DNA from: an uncultured Verrucomicrobiae bacterium
Lineage (GTDB): Bacteria; Verrucomicrobiota; Verrucomicrobiia; Chthoniobacterales; UBA10450
NCBI GenBank assembly: GCA_963834385.1
Contig: CAWIBO010000002.1
Location: 1,120,001 to 1,184,000 of the forward strand
Direction of reading: 5' to 3'
DNA length: 64,000 bases
The translations under genes were made by a program, and so were the position numbers. The notes beneath the pieces are model-generated. The model had not been told where the DNA came from and made no database searches. It saw only the letters and a list, made by a program, of their open reading frames with translations. Of this stretch, positions 33,561 through 44,333 are shown in pieces (within the stretch, counting starts at the first letter, position 1; every line of letters begins with the position of its first letter).

Positions 33561-34815
33561 ATGCAGGCTCCGACTTCCCGGGATTCCATGGTGCGAGACT
33601 GGCTGCCGGTCGCGGCCTGGACGCTCTTCATCTACTTTACGATCCCGCTGGCGCGCACCCTGCAGACCTGGGTGATGGAGTATTCGACCCGGGCGCGCAT
33701 TTTCCTGGGCGGCCTATGCCTCGGTCGCGCTCGGAGTGCTCCTGGCGCTGGGTCACTTCCGCCGGCGGGCCACGCCGATCACCCGCCGGCAATGGATCGT
33801 GCTCGGTCTCCTGGCCGCCATCTTCGCCTGGGGCACCTGGCGTCTGCGCGGAAGCGCCGAGGAAGCCATGCACCTGCCGCAGTACGGTGTCCTTTCGCTT
33901 TTGCTTTATCGGGCCTTCAGCCGTCGTTACGGCGATCGCGGCGCTTATGTCTGCTCGGCGCTCGCGGGAGCGTTTCTCGGCATCTTCGACGAGGTCATTC
34001 AATGGGCGGTGCCGCTCCGGTTCTTCGAGTTCCGGGACATCCGGATCAATGTCCTTTCGGTTCTGCTCATCCAGGCCGCTTTGGTCGGGGGCCTGGCCAC
34101 GGGCGTCCGGGCCGTCCCGGCGGGAATCCGTTCGGCACGCATGGCCTGGTCTCTCGCGGTTCTCGTCCTGCTCCTTCTCTTCGGCTGCTTCTCGAACACG
34201 ACTTCTGTCTGGCGCCCTTTGCAGGCCCAATGGCCTAATCTTTTTGTCTTCGGCGAGGCCATGGTGCATTACGGCCATCGGATCCGCGACCCGGAAGCCG
34301 GCCGGTTCAAATCGCGCCTGACGGCGAAGCAGTTGCGCGAAAGCGACAGGACCCGCGCCGAAGAGGCGGGCGAAATTCTTCGTCGCTTTGGAGGCGACGA
34401 CGTCTACGAGCTGTTCCTGGGACGTTATGGTCCCGAGCAGGACCCCTTCCTGTATGAAATGCGCGTCCGCTTGTTTCGCCGCGATCGTTATTGGACGCGC
34501 GCGCAGGAGAAGCGGCACCGGCCCGCGAAGGAAAAAGAATTTCTCGCCATCGCCTTCACGGAGCAGCAGCTCCTGGAAAACTGGTTTCCGAACAGTTTGC
34601 GCGCCGCGGGCCGCGACTGGTCGCCCGAGCAGCGCGCGCGCGCAGCCGCGGTCGCCGGCGGGGAGCATCGGGAGAGCCAGGTGAGCCGGGAACTTCTCAC
34701 CGGCCTTACCCAGCCGCAGGCGCAGATGATTCTGGTGGCGCTGCTCGTTGTCGTGGCGCTTGCCGGCGCGTATGATTCTGGGCGGCGTCGCCGGAAAGGC
34801 ATGCCCTTACCATGA
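33561..34815 (+). CDS. VanZ-family membrane protein with soluble C-domain (frameshifted ~33690-33735)
   Basis: WLPVAAWTLFIYFT; EAMHLPQYGVL; FDEVIQWAVPLR..RDI. Confidence 0.7.
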
Positions 34816-35735
34816 TGGACCGACGACGTTTCCTGGCCGCCTCCGGGGCGGCCCTCCTGTCCCTCGGCTGGCCACGAAGAGCCTCCTGGGCGGCGCCGGG
34901 CGGACCCAGGGAGTCGCTCCGCCTCCTTTTTTTCACCGATATCCACGCGCGGGTTGAATGGGACGTGCCGGAAGCGATGTCACGCGCCGCGAAGCAGATG
35001 AATGAGCAGCGGGCGGACCTGGCGGTGTGCGGCGGCGACTGTATCACCGACGGATTTCAATCCGCGCGCGAAGCCGTGGCGCATCGCTGGCAGGCTTATC
35101 GCAAACATCTGCGCGATCAGCTTTCGCTGCCCGCGTTCACGGCCATCGGGAATCACGATCTCACCGGCGCGATCCCGGAGGACGGCAGCGAACCCGAGCC
35201 CGACCCGCGGGCCGCGTTTCGCGAGGAGTTCGGGATTCCGAGGACGTTCTTCTCCGCCGAGGCCGGAGGCTATCACCTCATCGTGCTCGACGGTTTGCAG
35301 ATCACGGGCGACGCCCTGAAGTTCCGCGGCTTTGTCGAGGAAGCGCAGCTCGCCTGGCTGCGCGAGGAACTCACGCGCGTCCGCCGCGAAACGCCGATCA
35401 TCCTTGTCACGCACATTCCGCTGCTCACGAGTTTCTTCCAGGCTACGGCGGGTCACGACGAAGGCGCGCCCCGCAACCGGGTGGTGGTCAATCACCGCGA
35501 GGTGCTCGACTGCTTCGCGAAGCACCGGCTGCACCTGGTCCTGCAGGGCCACCTGCACGTGAACGAGATGCTGCGCTGGCGCGGGACGACCTTCATCACC
35601 GGCGGCGCCGTCTGCGGAAAATGGTGGCGGGGTGCCTGGCACGGCACCGATGCCGGGTTTGGAGTTCTGACCCTGCGACCCGACCGCGTGGATTGGGAAT
35701 ACAGCGAAATCGGCTGGGTACCCCGCCGCCCCTGA
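34815..35735 (+). CDS. Tat-exported calcineurin-like metallophosphoesterase
   Basis: DRRRFL Tat signal; TDIH, GGD, GNHD, THIP, QGHLH. Confidence 0.88.
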   Translation: MDRRRFLAASGAALLSLGWPRRASWAAPGGPRESLRLLFFTDIHARVEWDVPEAMSRAAKQMNEQRADLAVCGGDCITDGFQSAREAVAHRWQAYRKHLRDQLSLPAFTAIGNHDLTGAIPEDGSEPEPDPRAAFREEFGIPRTFFSAEAGGYHLIVLDGLQITGDALKFRGFVEEAQLAWLREELTRVRRETPIILVTHIPLLTSFFQATAGHDEGAPRNRVVVNHREVLDCFAKHRLHLVLQGHLHVNEMLRWRGTTFITGGAVCGKWWRGAWHGTDAGFGVLTLRPDRVDWEYSEIGWVPRRP

Positions 35736-35789
35736 GGGCGCGGGCGACCGGCTGACACCGGGGGCTAACTCACCGCTCAGCAGCCGGCT

Positions 35790-36227
35790 CTATTTCAGGA
35801 CCGACTGGTGGAACTCGTACCAGTCGTCGAGATTGTTCAGCTGGACGGCGTCGCGGTAGGAACAGCTCTCATCGGAAAGATTGTTGTTCTTAAAGATGGT
35901 CTGGCGCGTTTCGTCGTCGTGATTGTAACCGCGCACGGCGGCGTTGTGTTTCTCGATGGCCGCTCCATCGAATTTGCCGTTCTGCTTTACCCATTCCTCA
36001 AACTGGGGATAGGTCGGTTTCTTCTGTTTGATAAAATCTTTCACCGCCTGCTCCTCCAGGCCAAGCGCGGAGAGGGTCATGGAATCGTAGCCTTTGCCGC
36101 AGCCAGGATAACCGGACGCCAGTTTGCCGGCCGCCTCAAGCGAGAGCTTTTGCCAAAACCGCGGCAGGTGAAGGACGCCGAGGGGACCGGCTGTGCCGGA
36201 GCTGATCAAAGGAACATGTGTAGCCAT
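35790..36227 (-). CDS. Conserved hypothetical protein (DUF5069-like)
   Basis: GPLGVLHLPRFWQK, GYD, NNLDDW. Confidence 0.6.
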   Translation of the reverse strand: MATHVPLISSGTAGPLGVLHLPRFWQKLSLEAAGKLASGYPGCGKGYDSMTLSALGLEEQAVKDFIKQKKPTYPQFEEWVKQNGKFDGAAIEKHNAAVRGYNHDDETRQTIFKNNNLSDESCSYRDAVQLNNLDDWYEFHQSVLK

Positions 36228-36279
36228 GAGAACAGTCTAGGGCGCGGGGAGAGCTGACGCCAGCCCGCTGTGATGGCGG

Positions 36280-36708
36280 TCAGTCCGCCTGGGAAGCCGC
36301 CGCCGCTTTCGCCCGAACAGGCTTGGTCACCTTCGGTTTCAGGGCTTCAATCACGGCATTGTAATTCTCATGACGGGCCACTTTGATGTGCCGGGTCCTG
36401 AGATGCTCAATGAGTGGGTCGTATCCCTTGTCCTTGGAAACGATGTGAAAAAATGTCAACGGCTCGGCGATCGTCTTGTGTCCCAAGTAATAGGCCAGCG
36501 CGAAATCGACCGCGTTCTTCCCAGCCTTCTCCAGTCGAACCAGTTCGACGGTCGCCCGGTGATGCAAGAGCGCCTGGACCGTTCGAGTCTCGAGCGAATG
36601 ATTCTGCGCTCCCAGCAACAAGGTGATCGTGGTCCGTTCCAGAGCGAAAATTCGTGGATCGACGCTCTTCATGTTCTCGTAGTCGATGAAGACGTAATTT
36701 TGCGCCAT
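36280..36708 (-). CDS. PIN/NYN-fold domain protein
   Basis: VFIDYEN, KNAVDFAL, IVSKDKGYDPL acidic motifs. Confidence 0.75.
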   Translation of the reverse strand: MAQNYVFIDYENMKSVDPRIFALERTTITLLLGAQNHSLETRTVQALLHHRATVELVRLEKAGKNAVDFALAYYLGHKTIAEPLTFFHIVSKDKGYDPLIEHLRTRHIKVARHENYNAVIEALKPKVTKPVRAKAAAASQAD

Positions 36709-36783
36709 CGCCGGGAGTCGAGCAGGCAGGGACTCCGTCGCCAAGGAAAAACCCCTGCCGGGAAGGAGCTTCTCTCGACCGCC

Positions 36784-36969
36784 TCAGCGGACGAGAAGAG
36801 AGTAGGCAGCCACGGCCAGGAGCAGGCCGGCCACGATCAGCCAGGGGAGGTTCGCGGCGTCGAGGCGCAGCCGGGGACCGCCGCCCACCGGAAGCGGTGC
36901 GCAATGCCGGCAGCGATGGTCAACGATCGACAGGGCATAACCGCAGGTGGGGCAATCTTCGAGGGGCAC
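36784..36969 (-). CDS. Small Zn-ribbon membrane-anchored protein
   Basis: CPTC..CRHC plus C-terminal TM helix. Confidence 0.55.
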   Translation of the reverse strand: MPLEDCPTCGYALSIVDHRCRHCAPLPVGGGPRLRLDAANLPWLIVAGLLLAVAAYSLLVR

Positions 36970-37159
36970 CGTTCACCCATCGCAGGCTTTGGCGATTAAG
37001 CGAGAGAGGAGAGACGTGACGCTGCCGCCCCGGCCTTGACTCGGTTGCAGGCTTTCGCGATTCCCCCCGGCGCACAAAGCGTTGACTTCTGAGCCTTTAG
37101 CTGGCGAGACTTGCGGATCGACCCGGAAAAACCGGCTCATCAACCCGAAGGAAGAACTT

Positions 37160-37528
37160 ATGAAACTGATTACTCCATTGGCGGTCCTGGCCAGCGCCAC
37201 GCTGGTCCTGACCGCTTGCGACACGAAGACGGCCAATTCCATCAAGGAAAAGGCGGACGCCGCCAAGGACGCGGTTGAAGCCAAGACCGAGGAAGCAAAG
37301 GAAACGGCTGAGAAAAAGATCGATGAAGCGACGGAGGCGGCCAAGAAGGCAGCCCCGGATGCTGCTGCGGCCGTGGAAAACATGGCGGAGAAGGCCAAGG
37401 AGGCCACCGAAAGCGCCGTGGAAAAAACAAAGGACGCGGCTGAGACTGCGGTCGAGAAGGTCAAGGACGCGGCGGATGACGCCGTTGACTCCGCCCGGGA
37501 GGCGGCTTCGCCTGCGGCGACCCCGTAG
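37160..37528 (+). CDS. Ala/Lys/Glu-rich helical lipoprotein (LEA-like repeats)
   Basis: Lipobox LTAC; 11-residue repeats such as AVEKTKDAAET. Confidence 0.75.
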   Translation: MKLITPLAVLASATLVLTACDTKTANSIKEKADAAKDAVEAKTEEAKETAEKKIDEATEAAKKAAPDAAAAVENMAEKAKEATESAVEKTKDAAETAVEKVKDAADDAVDSAREAASPAATP

Positions 37529-37550
37529 CATCCAGCGTGTTTACTTGCGG

Positions 37551-37581
37551 ACAGCCGGGTTCACCAGGAGCCCGGCTGTTT
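37551..37581 (+). terminator. Intrinsic terminator
   Basis: acagccggg / cccggctgt followed by tt. Confidence 0.65.
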
Positions 37582-37713
37582 CGCCTCCGCTACTCGACCG
37601 GGTTTCGTGCGCGATTCCGCGCGCCCGCCGGAGCGCGGATTTCCGGGCGCGCGCATTCGCGCACGATAGCGGTCACCACCGGGGATACCGGGCGGCAACC
37701 TCCGGAATTGGCG

Positions 37714-38142
37714 CTAGGGTGAACCCGCAGGTGCCGGGCTTGCCTTGGTCGCGGGACGGGTGGTGGTCGGAGCAATCTCGCCCGCTGGAACCTTCCGGGG
37801 CGGAAGTGAACTGGTCGGCTTCACCCCGCTGACCGGAACGCGTCCGCCATCAACGGGGCGCTTTTTGATCGGCGGGACCCGGTTGGCCTTGGGCGCACCG
37901 GCCGCATCCATGCACCGGTTCCATTTTGTGAGGCAGTTGTCCTCGCATTTGCTGCGGGTGGCCGAATCCTGGCTGCCCTGGCAAAATTCAACGCACTGCA
38001 CCACCGCGCTATTGCAGTTGGAGATTGCCTTGGCATTGGGCTGTGCCCCCTGATTGTCCGCGGCCTGGAGCAGGCAGGCCACGGCGAGAAACGCCGCCCC
38101 ACCGACAAGTCCAACAACCGCGCTGATCCTGGATTTTTTCAT
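37714..38142 (-). CDS. Secreted Cys-hairpin protein with Pro/Lys-rich tail
   Basis: Signal peptide; C-x6-C-x3-C ... C-x3-C-x6-C. Confidence 0.65.
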   Translation of the reverse strand: MKKSRISAVVGLVGGAAFLAVACLLQAADNQGAQPNAKAISNCNSAVVQCVEFCQGSQDSATRSKCEDNCLTKWNRCMDAAGAPKANRVPPIKKRPVDGGRVPVSGVKPTSSLPPRKVPAGEIAPTTTRPATKASPAPAGSP

Positions 38143-38314
38143 AAGAATTTCCTCCGGTCGTCATTCCACCGCGGAACGGTCCGTCCGGCAAGAACAGAGT
38201 TCGCCTCCGCCGTCTCATGAGCACGGCGGCGGAGCGGTCGCCGCGGGACCGGCGCGCGGTCAATGTTTCCGCCGGAAAAGGAGCCGACATTGCCCTGTCG
38301 CGCGAACCTTCTGG

Positions 38315-39332
38315 ATGCCCAAGCCGCTTTTGATCCTGAACGCCACCGCCGGTCCCGACGATTCCAATGAGGAAACGATCAAGGACGTTTTGGCCGGGCT
38401 GGCCCGCGGCGGGCTCGAGCCGGACGTTGTCTTCACGCGCGAAGACCTCTCCGCCCGTGAACTGGCCCGGCGAGCCGTGGCGGAAGGGCGCGAGATGGTG
38501 CTTGGTGGGCGGCGGCGACGGCACGGTCAGCGAGGTGGCTGCGACCCTGGTGCAGCAACCGATCACGCTGGGCATCATCCCGATCGGGACGTTCAATAAT
38601 ATCGCGCGCTCACTCGGTCTTGTGCCCGAACCGGAGGAGGCCTGCGCCGTGGTCACCGGCGGATACACCCGCGAGATCGACATCGGCCTCGCCAACGGGA
38701 CCCACCCCTTTTTCGAGGCCGCCGGCGTCGGTCTCGACGCGACTCTTTTCCCGATCGGCGAAGAGATCAAAGGCGGCCGCTGGATTCGGCTGTTCGAGGC
38801 GGCCCGGCTCACCCTGGCTTACCAGCGAGTCTCGCTTCGGCTGACCTTCCAGGAACCGTTGGCGGAAGTGATTCCGAGCCGGCAACGTCGCCGCGGCTCC
38901 CGTGCCCGGCGCGGGCATCGTCTGCGGCGTCGGGCTCTTCTGGTGGTGGTGGCGAACGGCCCCTATTACGGCGGCGGCTTCACCGTCGCCCCGGGTGCGC
39001 GCCTCACCGATGGCCGCCTGACGGTGACGATCTACCGGCGTTTTTCGAAATGGCAGTTGCTCCGGCACTTCTGGTCGATCAGCCGGGGCCGTTATCATTA
39101 TTCACCGAGGGTCGAGACCTTTAATACCCGCGAAGTGACGCTTTCCTCGCGTCGGCCGGTGCCGGTGCATGTGGATGGCAAACCATTTGGGCGCACGCCG
39201 GTGCGCCTGAGCGCGTTGCCGCGCGCTCTGCGCGTGCTGGTGCCGCGCCCGGGACAGGAGAAGGAGGAAGATTCTTTGCCGGTGGCGCTGCCGGCCGAGG
39301 AAGAACCCGCGGAGGCGACAACCCATGGCTGA
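38315..39332 (+). CDS. Diacylglycerol/lipid kinase, YegS/BmrU family (frameshift ~38503)
   Basis: ILNATAG, GGGDGTV, PIGTFNNIA, NGPYYGGG, HVDG. Confidence 0.85.
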
Positions 39333-40315
39333 GCGGGGCAAAAGAGGGGCCCGTCGCAAGGTGGCGCGCGCGCTGGAGGAGGGGTTGGCCGGGGTGGACT
39401 CCGACAAAGCCGCCGAGGAGACGCTGGCCGGGCTCGAGCAAAAAACAAAAGGGGTCAGACAAGGCGACGTGGCGAAAAAGAAGCCGGCCGATCCGGCCGG
39501 GGTGGCGGCGGCAAAGATTGCCCGGGCCGCCCGCAAACGGAAGAAGACCGCGGCCATCCTCGAGCAGACAGCGCAGGAGATCGCGCAGGAACCTTCTCCC
39601 GACGAGGCCCAGCCGATTGATGAAGGGATTGAGGAGGCAGCGCGGGAAGAGGAAAACGAACCGGCCGCAGTGCGGCAGGGACGCCGCCGCCTGCGCAAAC
39701 AACTTTTCCGCCGGCTCGGACCGTTGCAGGCGCTGGATGCCGCCCTCTTCACCCAGATCAACGAACTGCCGCACCCGCCGGTGGTGGATCGCGCGGTCTC
39801 CCGGTTCAGCCGTTACATGACCGGCGGTCACGCCTGGGCGCTGGTGCTCCTGGCGGCGGCGTTGCATGACCCGGCCCGGAGCCGCCGCGCCACCCTCGGG
39901 GTGATGCCTGCGCTCTGGCTGACCACCCTGACGGTGGAGCAGGTGATCAAGCGCTTCTTCCGTCGTCGCCGCCCATTCATCTCCATCGTGCAGGCCATCG
40001 TGGTGGGAAGAAAGCCGGGCAGTTATTCGTTTCCTTCCGGCCACACCGCAGCCGCCTTTGCCGGGGCCGTCCTGCTTATCCCTGTATTACCCGGGCGGCG
40101 CGAAATTTTTCCGTTTTGTGGCGGGCCTGGTCGGGTTCTCGCGCATTTATCTCGGGGCGCATTATCCGGGCGACGTCCTGAGCGGCGGCCTCACCGGCCT
40201 GGTCCTGGCGCGCACCTACCGGCGCCTTTTCCTCGCGGCCATCGGGCGGGCACCGCTCCTGCCTGCCCGGGCGGAAAAGACCATTCGCGCGGTGCTCCGG
40301 GAAAGCCGGGGCTGA
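39325..40315 (+). CDS. PAP2 family lipid phosphatase (frameshift ~40078)
   Basis: KRFFRRRRP, SFPSGH, and SRIYLGAHYPGDV in the second frame. Confidence 0.85.
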
Positions 40316-40413
40316 GCCGGGCCACCGGGCGCTGGCGGACCGCCTGAAAATCGGGTGTTGGTTCGCGCGGGAGCGCTGTCTATGATCGCCGCCTTGCGGG
40401 AAAGGCGGCCGCC

Positions 40414-41775
40414 ATGAAAGACTTTGTTTCCTCACTGTTGGATGATGTCCGGGCGCGCAACCCGGCCGAGCCCGAGTTTTACCAGGCTGTGCAGGAGGTG
40501 GCGGAGTCGCTGCAGCCGGTGCTCGATCAGCATCCGGAATATCGGAAGGCGAAGATCCTCGAGCGCATCATCGAGCCGGAGCGCGTCATCATGTTTCGGG
40601 TGCCCTGGCAGGACGACGCGGGGGAGCTGCACGTGAACCGCGGGTTCCGCGTGCAGATGAACAGCGCCATTGGTCCCTACAAGGGGGGCCTGCGTTTTCA
40701 TTCCTCGGTCAATCTCGGCATCCTGAAATTCCTCGCCTTTGAACAGGTCTTCAAAAACGCGCTCACCACCCTCCCGATGGGCGGCGGGAAAGGCGGCTCG
40801 GATTTCGATCCGCACGGCCGCAACGACAGCGAGGTGATGCGCTTTTGCCAGGCTTACATGTGCGAACTCTTCCGGCATATCGGGCCGGACACGGATGTGC
40901 CCGCGGGCGACATCGGGGTGGGCGCGCGCGAGATCGGTTATCTTTTTGGCATGTTCAAGCGGCTCAAGAACGAGTTTACCGGCGTCATGACCGGCAAAGG
41001 CCTGACCTGGGGCGGCTCGGTTATTCGTCCCGAGGCGACCGGTTACGGCTGCGTCTATTTCGCGGCCGAGATGTTGAAGACGCGCAAGGAAACACTGGAA
41101 GGCAAGACCTGCCTCGTCTCGGGGAGCGGCAACGTGGCGCAGTACACGGTGGATAAGCTGATCACCCTGGGAGCAAAGCCGGTCACCCTTTCCGATTCCA
41201 ACGGGTACATTTACGACGAGGCCGGGATTGACCGCGAGAAACTGGGGTTCGTCATGGACCTGAAGAACAACCGGCGTGGGCGCATGGCCGAGTATGCCGA
41301 GCGGTTCAAGGGCGCGGTTTACAGTGAGGCCGACCCGGCGCTCGACCATAACCCGCTCTGGCAGCACAAGGCGGAATGCGCTTTCCCGAGTGCCACGCAG
41401 AACGAGATCAACGGGAAAGACGCGGCCAATCTTTTGCGCGGCGGCGTCTACGTGGTCTCGGAAGGCGCCAACATGCCGACCACGATGGAGGGCGTAACCC
41501 AGTTCATCGATGCCGGCATTCTTTTTGCCCCGGGCAAGGCCGCAAACGCGGGCGGGGTTGCCACTTCAGGGCTGGAGATGGCGCAGAACAGCATGCGCAT
41601 CTCGTGGACGCGCGAGGAGGTGGACGCTCGGCTGCAGAACATCATGCGGACGATTCACGAGACCTGCCGGCGCACGGCCGAGCAGTATGGGACACCCGGG
41701 AACTACGTGAACGGCGCGAACATCGCCAGCTTCCGCAAAGTGGCGAACGCGATGATGGACCAGGGCCTCGTCTGA
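40414..41775 (+). CDS. gdhA: NADP-specific glutamate dehydrogenase
   Basis: GPYKGGLRFH, GGGKGGSDFDP, RPEATGYG, GKAANAGGVA. Confidence 0.97.
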   Translation: MKDFVSSLLDDVRARNPAEPEFYQAVQEVAESLQPVLDQHPEYRKAKILERIIEPERVIMFRVPWQDDAGELHVNRGFRVQMNSAIGPYKGGLRFHSSVNLGILKFLAFEQVFKNALTTLPMGGGKGGSDFDPHGRNDSEVMRFCQAYMCELFRHIGPDTDVPAGDIGVGAREIGYLFGMFKRLKNEFTGVMTGKGLTWGGSVIRPEATGYGCVYFAAEMLKTRKETLEGKTCLVSGSGNVAQYTVDKLITLGAKPVTLSDSNGYIYDEAGIDREKLGFVMDLKNNRRGRMAEYAERFKGAVYSEADPALDHNPLWQHKAECAFPSATQNEINGKDAANLLRGGVYVVSEGANMPTTMEGVTQFIDAGILFAPGKAANAGGVATSGLEMAQNSMRISWTREEVDARLQNIMRTIHETCRRTAEQYGTPGNYVNGANIASFRKVANAMMDQGLV

Positions 41776-41785
41776 AACGCGGAGC

Positions 41786-43351
41786 CTAACCAGCGGGAGA
41801 GCGCCGGGGCGAAGGCGATGGCGGAGAGGATTTCTTCGCGGGTGAAGGAGAGCTCTTCTTCTTCGCAATGGTCGCAGTCGCGGAAGGGCTGGATCGTGGC
41901 GAGGAAGTGGAGGTCGGCGTGGGAGTTTGACTCGGCGATGACGCCGGGCTCGTGCTGGCCGCAGGCGAAACGGCCGGGGTGGGAAAAGCAAAGGTGGGAG
42001 CAGGCGAAGCGTCCGGAGAGACAGCGGGCGAAACGGATCCCGCAGGAGTCGGAGAAGGCGTCGGCGTCGGCGTCGGCGTGGGCGTCGGTGTGGGTGTAGG
42101 GGTCGGGGTGGGCGTGGGCAGCGGCGGGATAATGTCCTGCCACTGGTGCAGCGCGACACTGCTTCCTCCGATCTCCTTGACCAGTTCCTCGCAGCGGGCC
42201 CGGATTTTCTCAAGGTCAGGCGGTGCCCAGGGTCGTTCGCCGGTATCGGGGAAGATCAGGTAGGTCACTTTGAGATCGCTCACGGGACGGTTCAGCGGAG
42301 TGGCGGCGTCGTTGATTTCCTTGGCGATGCGAAGCGAGGCTTCGCCGGCTTTGTCGGACGGCCCGACGTCCCCGATGAAAGCGGGATAAATTTTGTCGCC
42401 GTAAATGACCACGGCGTAATCGCCCACCTTGGTCCCCTCCTCCGAGGAAAGGCCCCCGGGCATGACAATAAACGGATCGGTCGCGCCGATGAGGTAGCTC
42501 CATTTTTTCAGGGAGGTGATCTCGTCGCGCCCGCGGGCGAGGGCGTCTTTCAGCTCCGCTTTGCGCGCAGCGCTGGTGGCCTTCTCGCCCATCTCTTTCT
42601 CGTAGCGGCGCAGCTTCTCCTGCACGCCCGGGAGATAGGGGTTGGGCCGGTCTGATTTCTTGGGCCAGCGATAGCTGGTGAACGGTTGGAAATTGGGCGA
42701 GACGCCGCTTCCGGCCGGGAGCCGGTCCGAGTCCGAACCATCGGCATCGACGTCCATCTCCGCCTGGATCAGGACGGCGCGCCGTTTCGTTTCCGGATGG
42801 GTCAGGTTGAGCACGGTCTGGCAATCGTAGAAATTGTGCCGGGAAAGAAGCTGGTCGAGCCGGCTAAGCCGCGCGCGTAACCGTTCCACTTTCGTCCGGT
42901 AAAGCCGCTCGTAGAAGGAGGAAACGGAGCCGTTGGCGATCATGGCCGGCAGACCCGGGAGAAGCGTGGGCAGTTCCGGGTTCACTGTCGCCAACTCCTC
43001 CATGGTCTGGTTGGCTTTGGGCAGGCGCGCCTGCAGCTTCAGGTCGAGGACGTAACTCTCCGGGTTGTCGCGTTCCTCCGTGGCCGAGGCCGGTCCCTCG
43101 GGCGTTTCGAGGACCGAACGCACGGTGATGCCGTTGAAGAGTTTGGTGGTCTCGAGTTTTCCGGAAATGACCGGGGGCGGGGTCGGGCGCGGCGGCGGCG
43201 TGGCCAGACGTTCCAGCTCGGCGGTGCCCTGCCGGGTGGCTCTCCAATGCCAGCGCTCGAGAGAGAACCAGCGGAGCAGAATGATCCCGGCCAGGCCGAG
43301 AAACAGGAGGAGCGCGAAAAGCCGCAGCGTCCTCAGGCGAAAACGGGGCAC
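41786..43351 (-). CDS. Membrane-anchored GH75 (chitosanase-like) protein with Pro/Thr/Ser tail
   Basis: MDVDADG, IGDVGP..KAGEAS catalytic-type motifs; (PT)n tail. Confidence 0.75.
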   Translation of the reverse strand: MPRFRLRTLRLFALLLFLGLAGIILLRWFSLERWHWRATRQGTAELERLATPPPRPTPPPVISGKLETTKLFNGITVRSVLETPEGPASATEERDNPESYVLDLKLQARLPKANQTMEELATVNPELPTLLPGLPAMIANGSVSSFYERLYRTKVERLRARLSRLDQLLSRHNFYDCQTVLNLTHPETKRRAVLIQAEMDVDADGSDSDRLPAGSGVSPNFQPFTSYRWPKKSDRPNPYLPGVQEKLRRYEKEMGEKATSAARKAELKDALARGRDEITSLKKWSYLIGATDPFIVMPGGLSSEEGTKVGDYAVVIYGDKIYPAFIGDVGPSDKAGEASLRIAKEINDAATPLNRPVSDLKVTYLIFPDTGERPWAPPDLEKIRARCEELVKEIGGSSVALHQWQDIIPPLPTPTPTPTPTPTPTPTPTPTPSPTPAGSVSPAVSPDASPAPTFAFPTPAVSPAASTSPASSPSQTPTPTSTSSPRSSPSATATIAKKKSSPSPAKKSSPPSPSPRRSPAG

Positions 43352-43358
43352 GCGCGAT

Positions 43359-43679
43359 CTACCGTTTTATCCAGGCGGCGATGGCGACGACCACGCCGAT
43401 CAGGCTCAGGATGGACATCATGCCCGCGGGCATGAAGCTGGCGCTCTTGATGAAGAGCGGGGTGAAACGCCCCGCCAGGAGAAGGGCGGTGACCAGCCCA
43501 AGGACAAGGCCGGCGGTGGTGTTGGTCGGCATGAGCCAGCCCGCGAGCAAAAGGAGCAGCCCGGCCACCGAACCGGCCACGATGGAAGCCACGCTTCCCT
43601 TGTTCACAAAACCAATCACACCCCCAAGAATCGTGAGGGCGCCGAAGATGAGGAAATAGATTTTTGCGGCGGTAATCAT
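43359..43679 (-). CDS. TMEM14-family small membrane protein
   Basis: [23 protein letters not shown]. Confidence 0.85.
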   Translation of the reverse strand: MITAAKIYFLIFGALTILGGVIGFVNKGSVASIVAGSVAGLLLLLAGWLMPTNTTAGLVLGLVTALLLAGRFTPLFIKSASFMPAGMMSILSLIGVVVAIAAWIKR

Positions 43680-43880
43680 GGCTGCCTCGAACCGTGGCGC
43701 AGGAAGGCGGCAGTGTCCAGCCATCGCGCAGGCCCCGGGCGGGTTGACGCCGCCGGGGCGGGCTGGCAGCGAGCCAGGCAAGAGTGAGGGGAGGAGGCCT
43801 TATCGGGGTTGAACCGTCTCCCACCCTGGCACCGGGAAAAACTCTTGCTCCCGGCTTCTTTACGAAGGACGATCCGCCCC

Positions 43881-44183
43881 ATGTGGCGCCGACCGGGATT
43901 GCTCCGAAGCGGCCTCCTCCTGCTCCTGGCGGGATTCTTGGGAGGCCTGGCGCTCACTGTTGTGCCCGAGACGCACGCCGCGGTGCACTCCGATCCGGAG
44001 CACCAATGTCTGGCCACGCTGATCACGGATGGCGCGCTTGAGCAGACGCCGATGGCGCACCCCGCGTGGACGTCACGGCCATGGCAGGCGGCCACCGCTT
44101 CCGCCGTCGCCGAAGATTGTTTCGTCGAAGCGCTTTTCCGGCAGGCCTCTCTCCTGGAGCATGCGCCGCCGGTGCTTTCCTGA
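43881..44183 (+). CDS. DUF2946-like leader protein ending LLEHAPPVLS
   Basis: Hydrophobic N-helix, HxxxH/HQC, C-terminal HAPP; immediately upstream of a TonB-dependent receptor. Confidence 0.65.
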   Translation: MWRRPGLLRSGLLLLLAGFLGGLALTVVPETHAAVHSDPEHQCLATLITDGALEQTPMAHPAWTSRPWQAATASAVAEDCFVEALFRQASLLEHAPPVLS

Positions 44184-44333
44184 AACGCGCAGTTCGCGTG
44201 TCCTGACGCCGGCCTGAAGGCCCGGCCGTTTCTTCCCGTTGTTTCTGCGCGTTCGCCCCGCCGTGGCGGCACGCCTTTCCCCAGCGCGTGTCGCCCTTGG
44301 TCGCCATGACAAATTCACGACAGGAAAATCATT

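Noticed and set aside
42053..42118. Hexamer microsatellite
   Set aside because: It encodes the (PT)n linker of the GH75 protein with varied codons.
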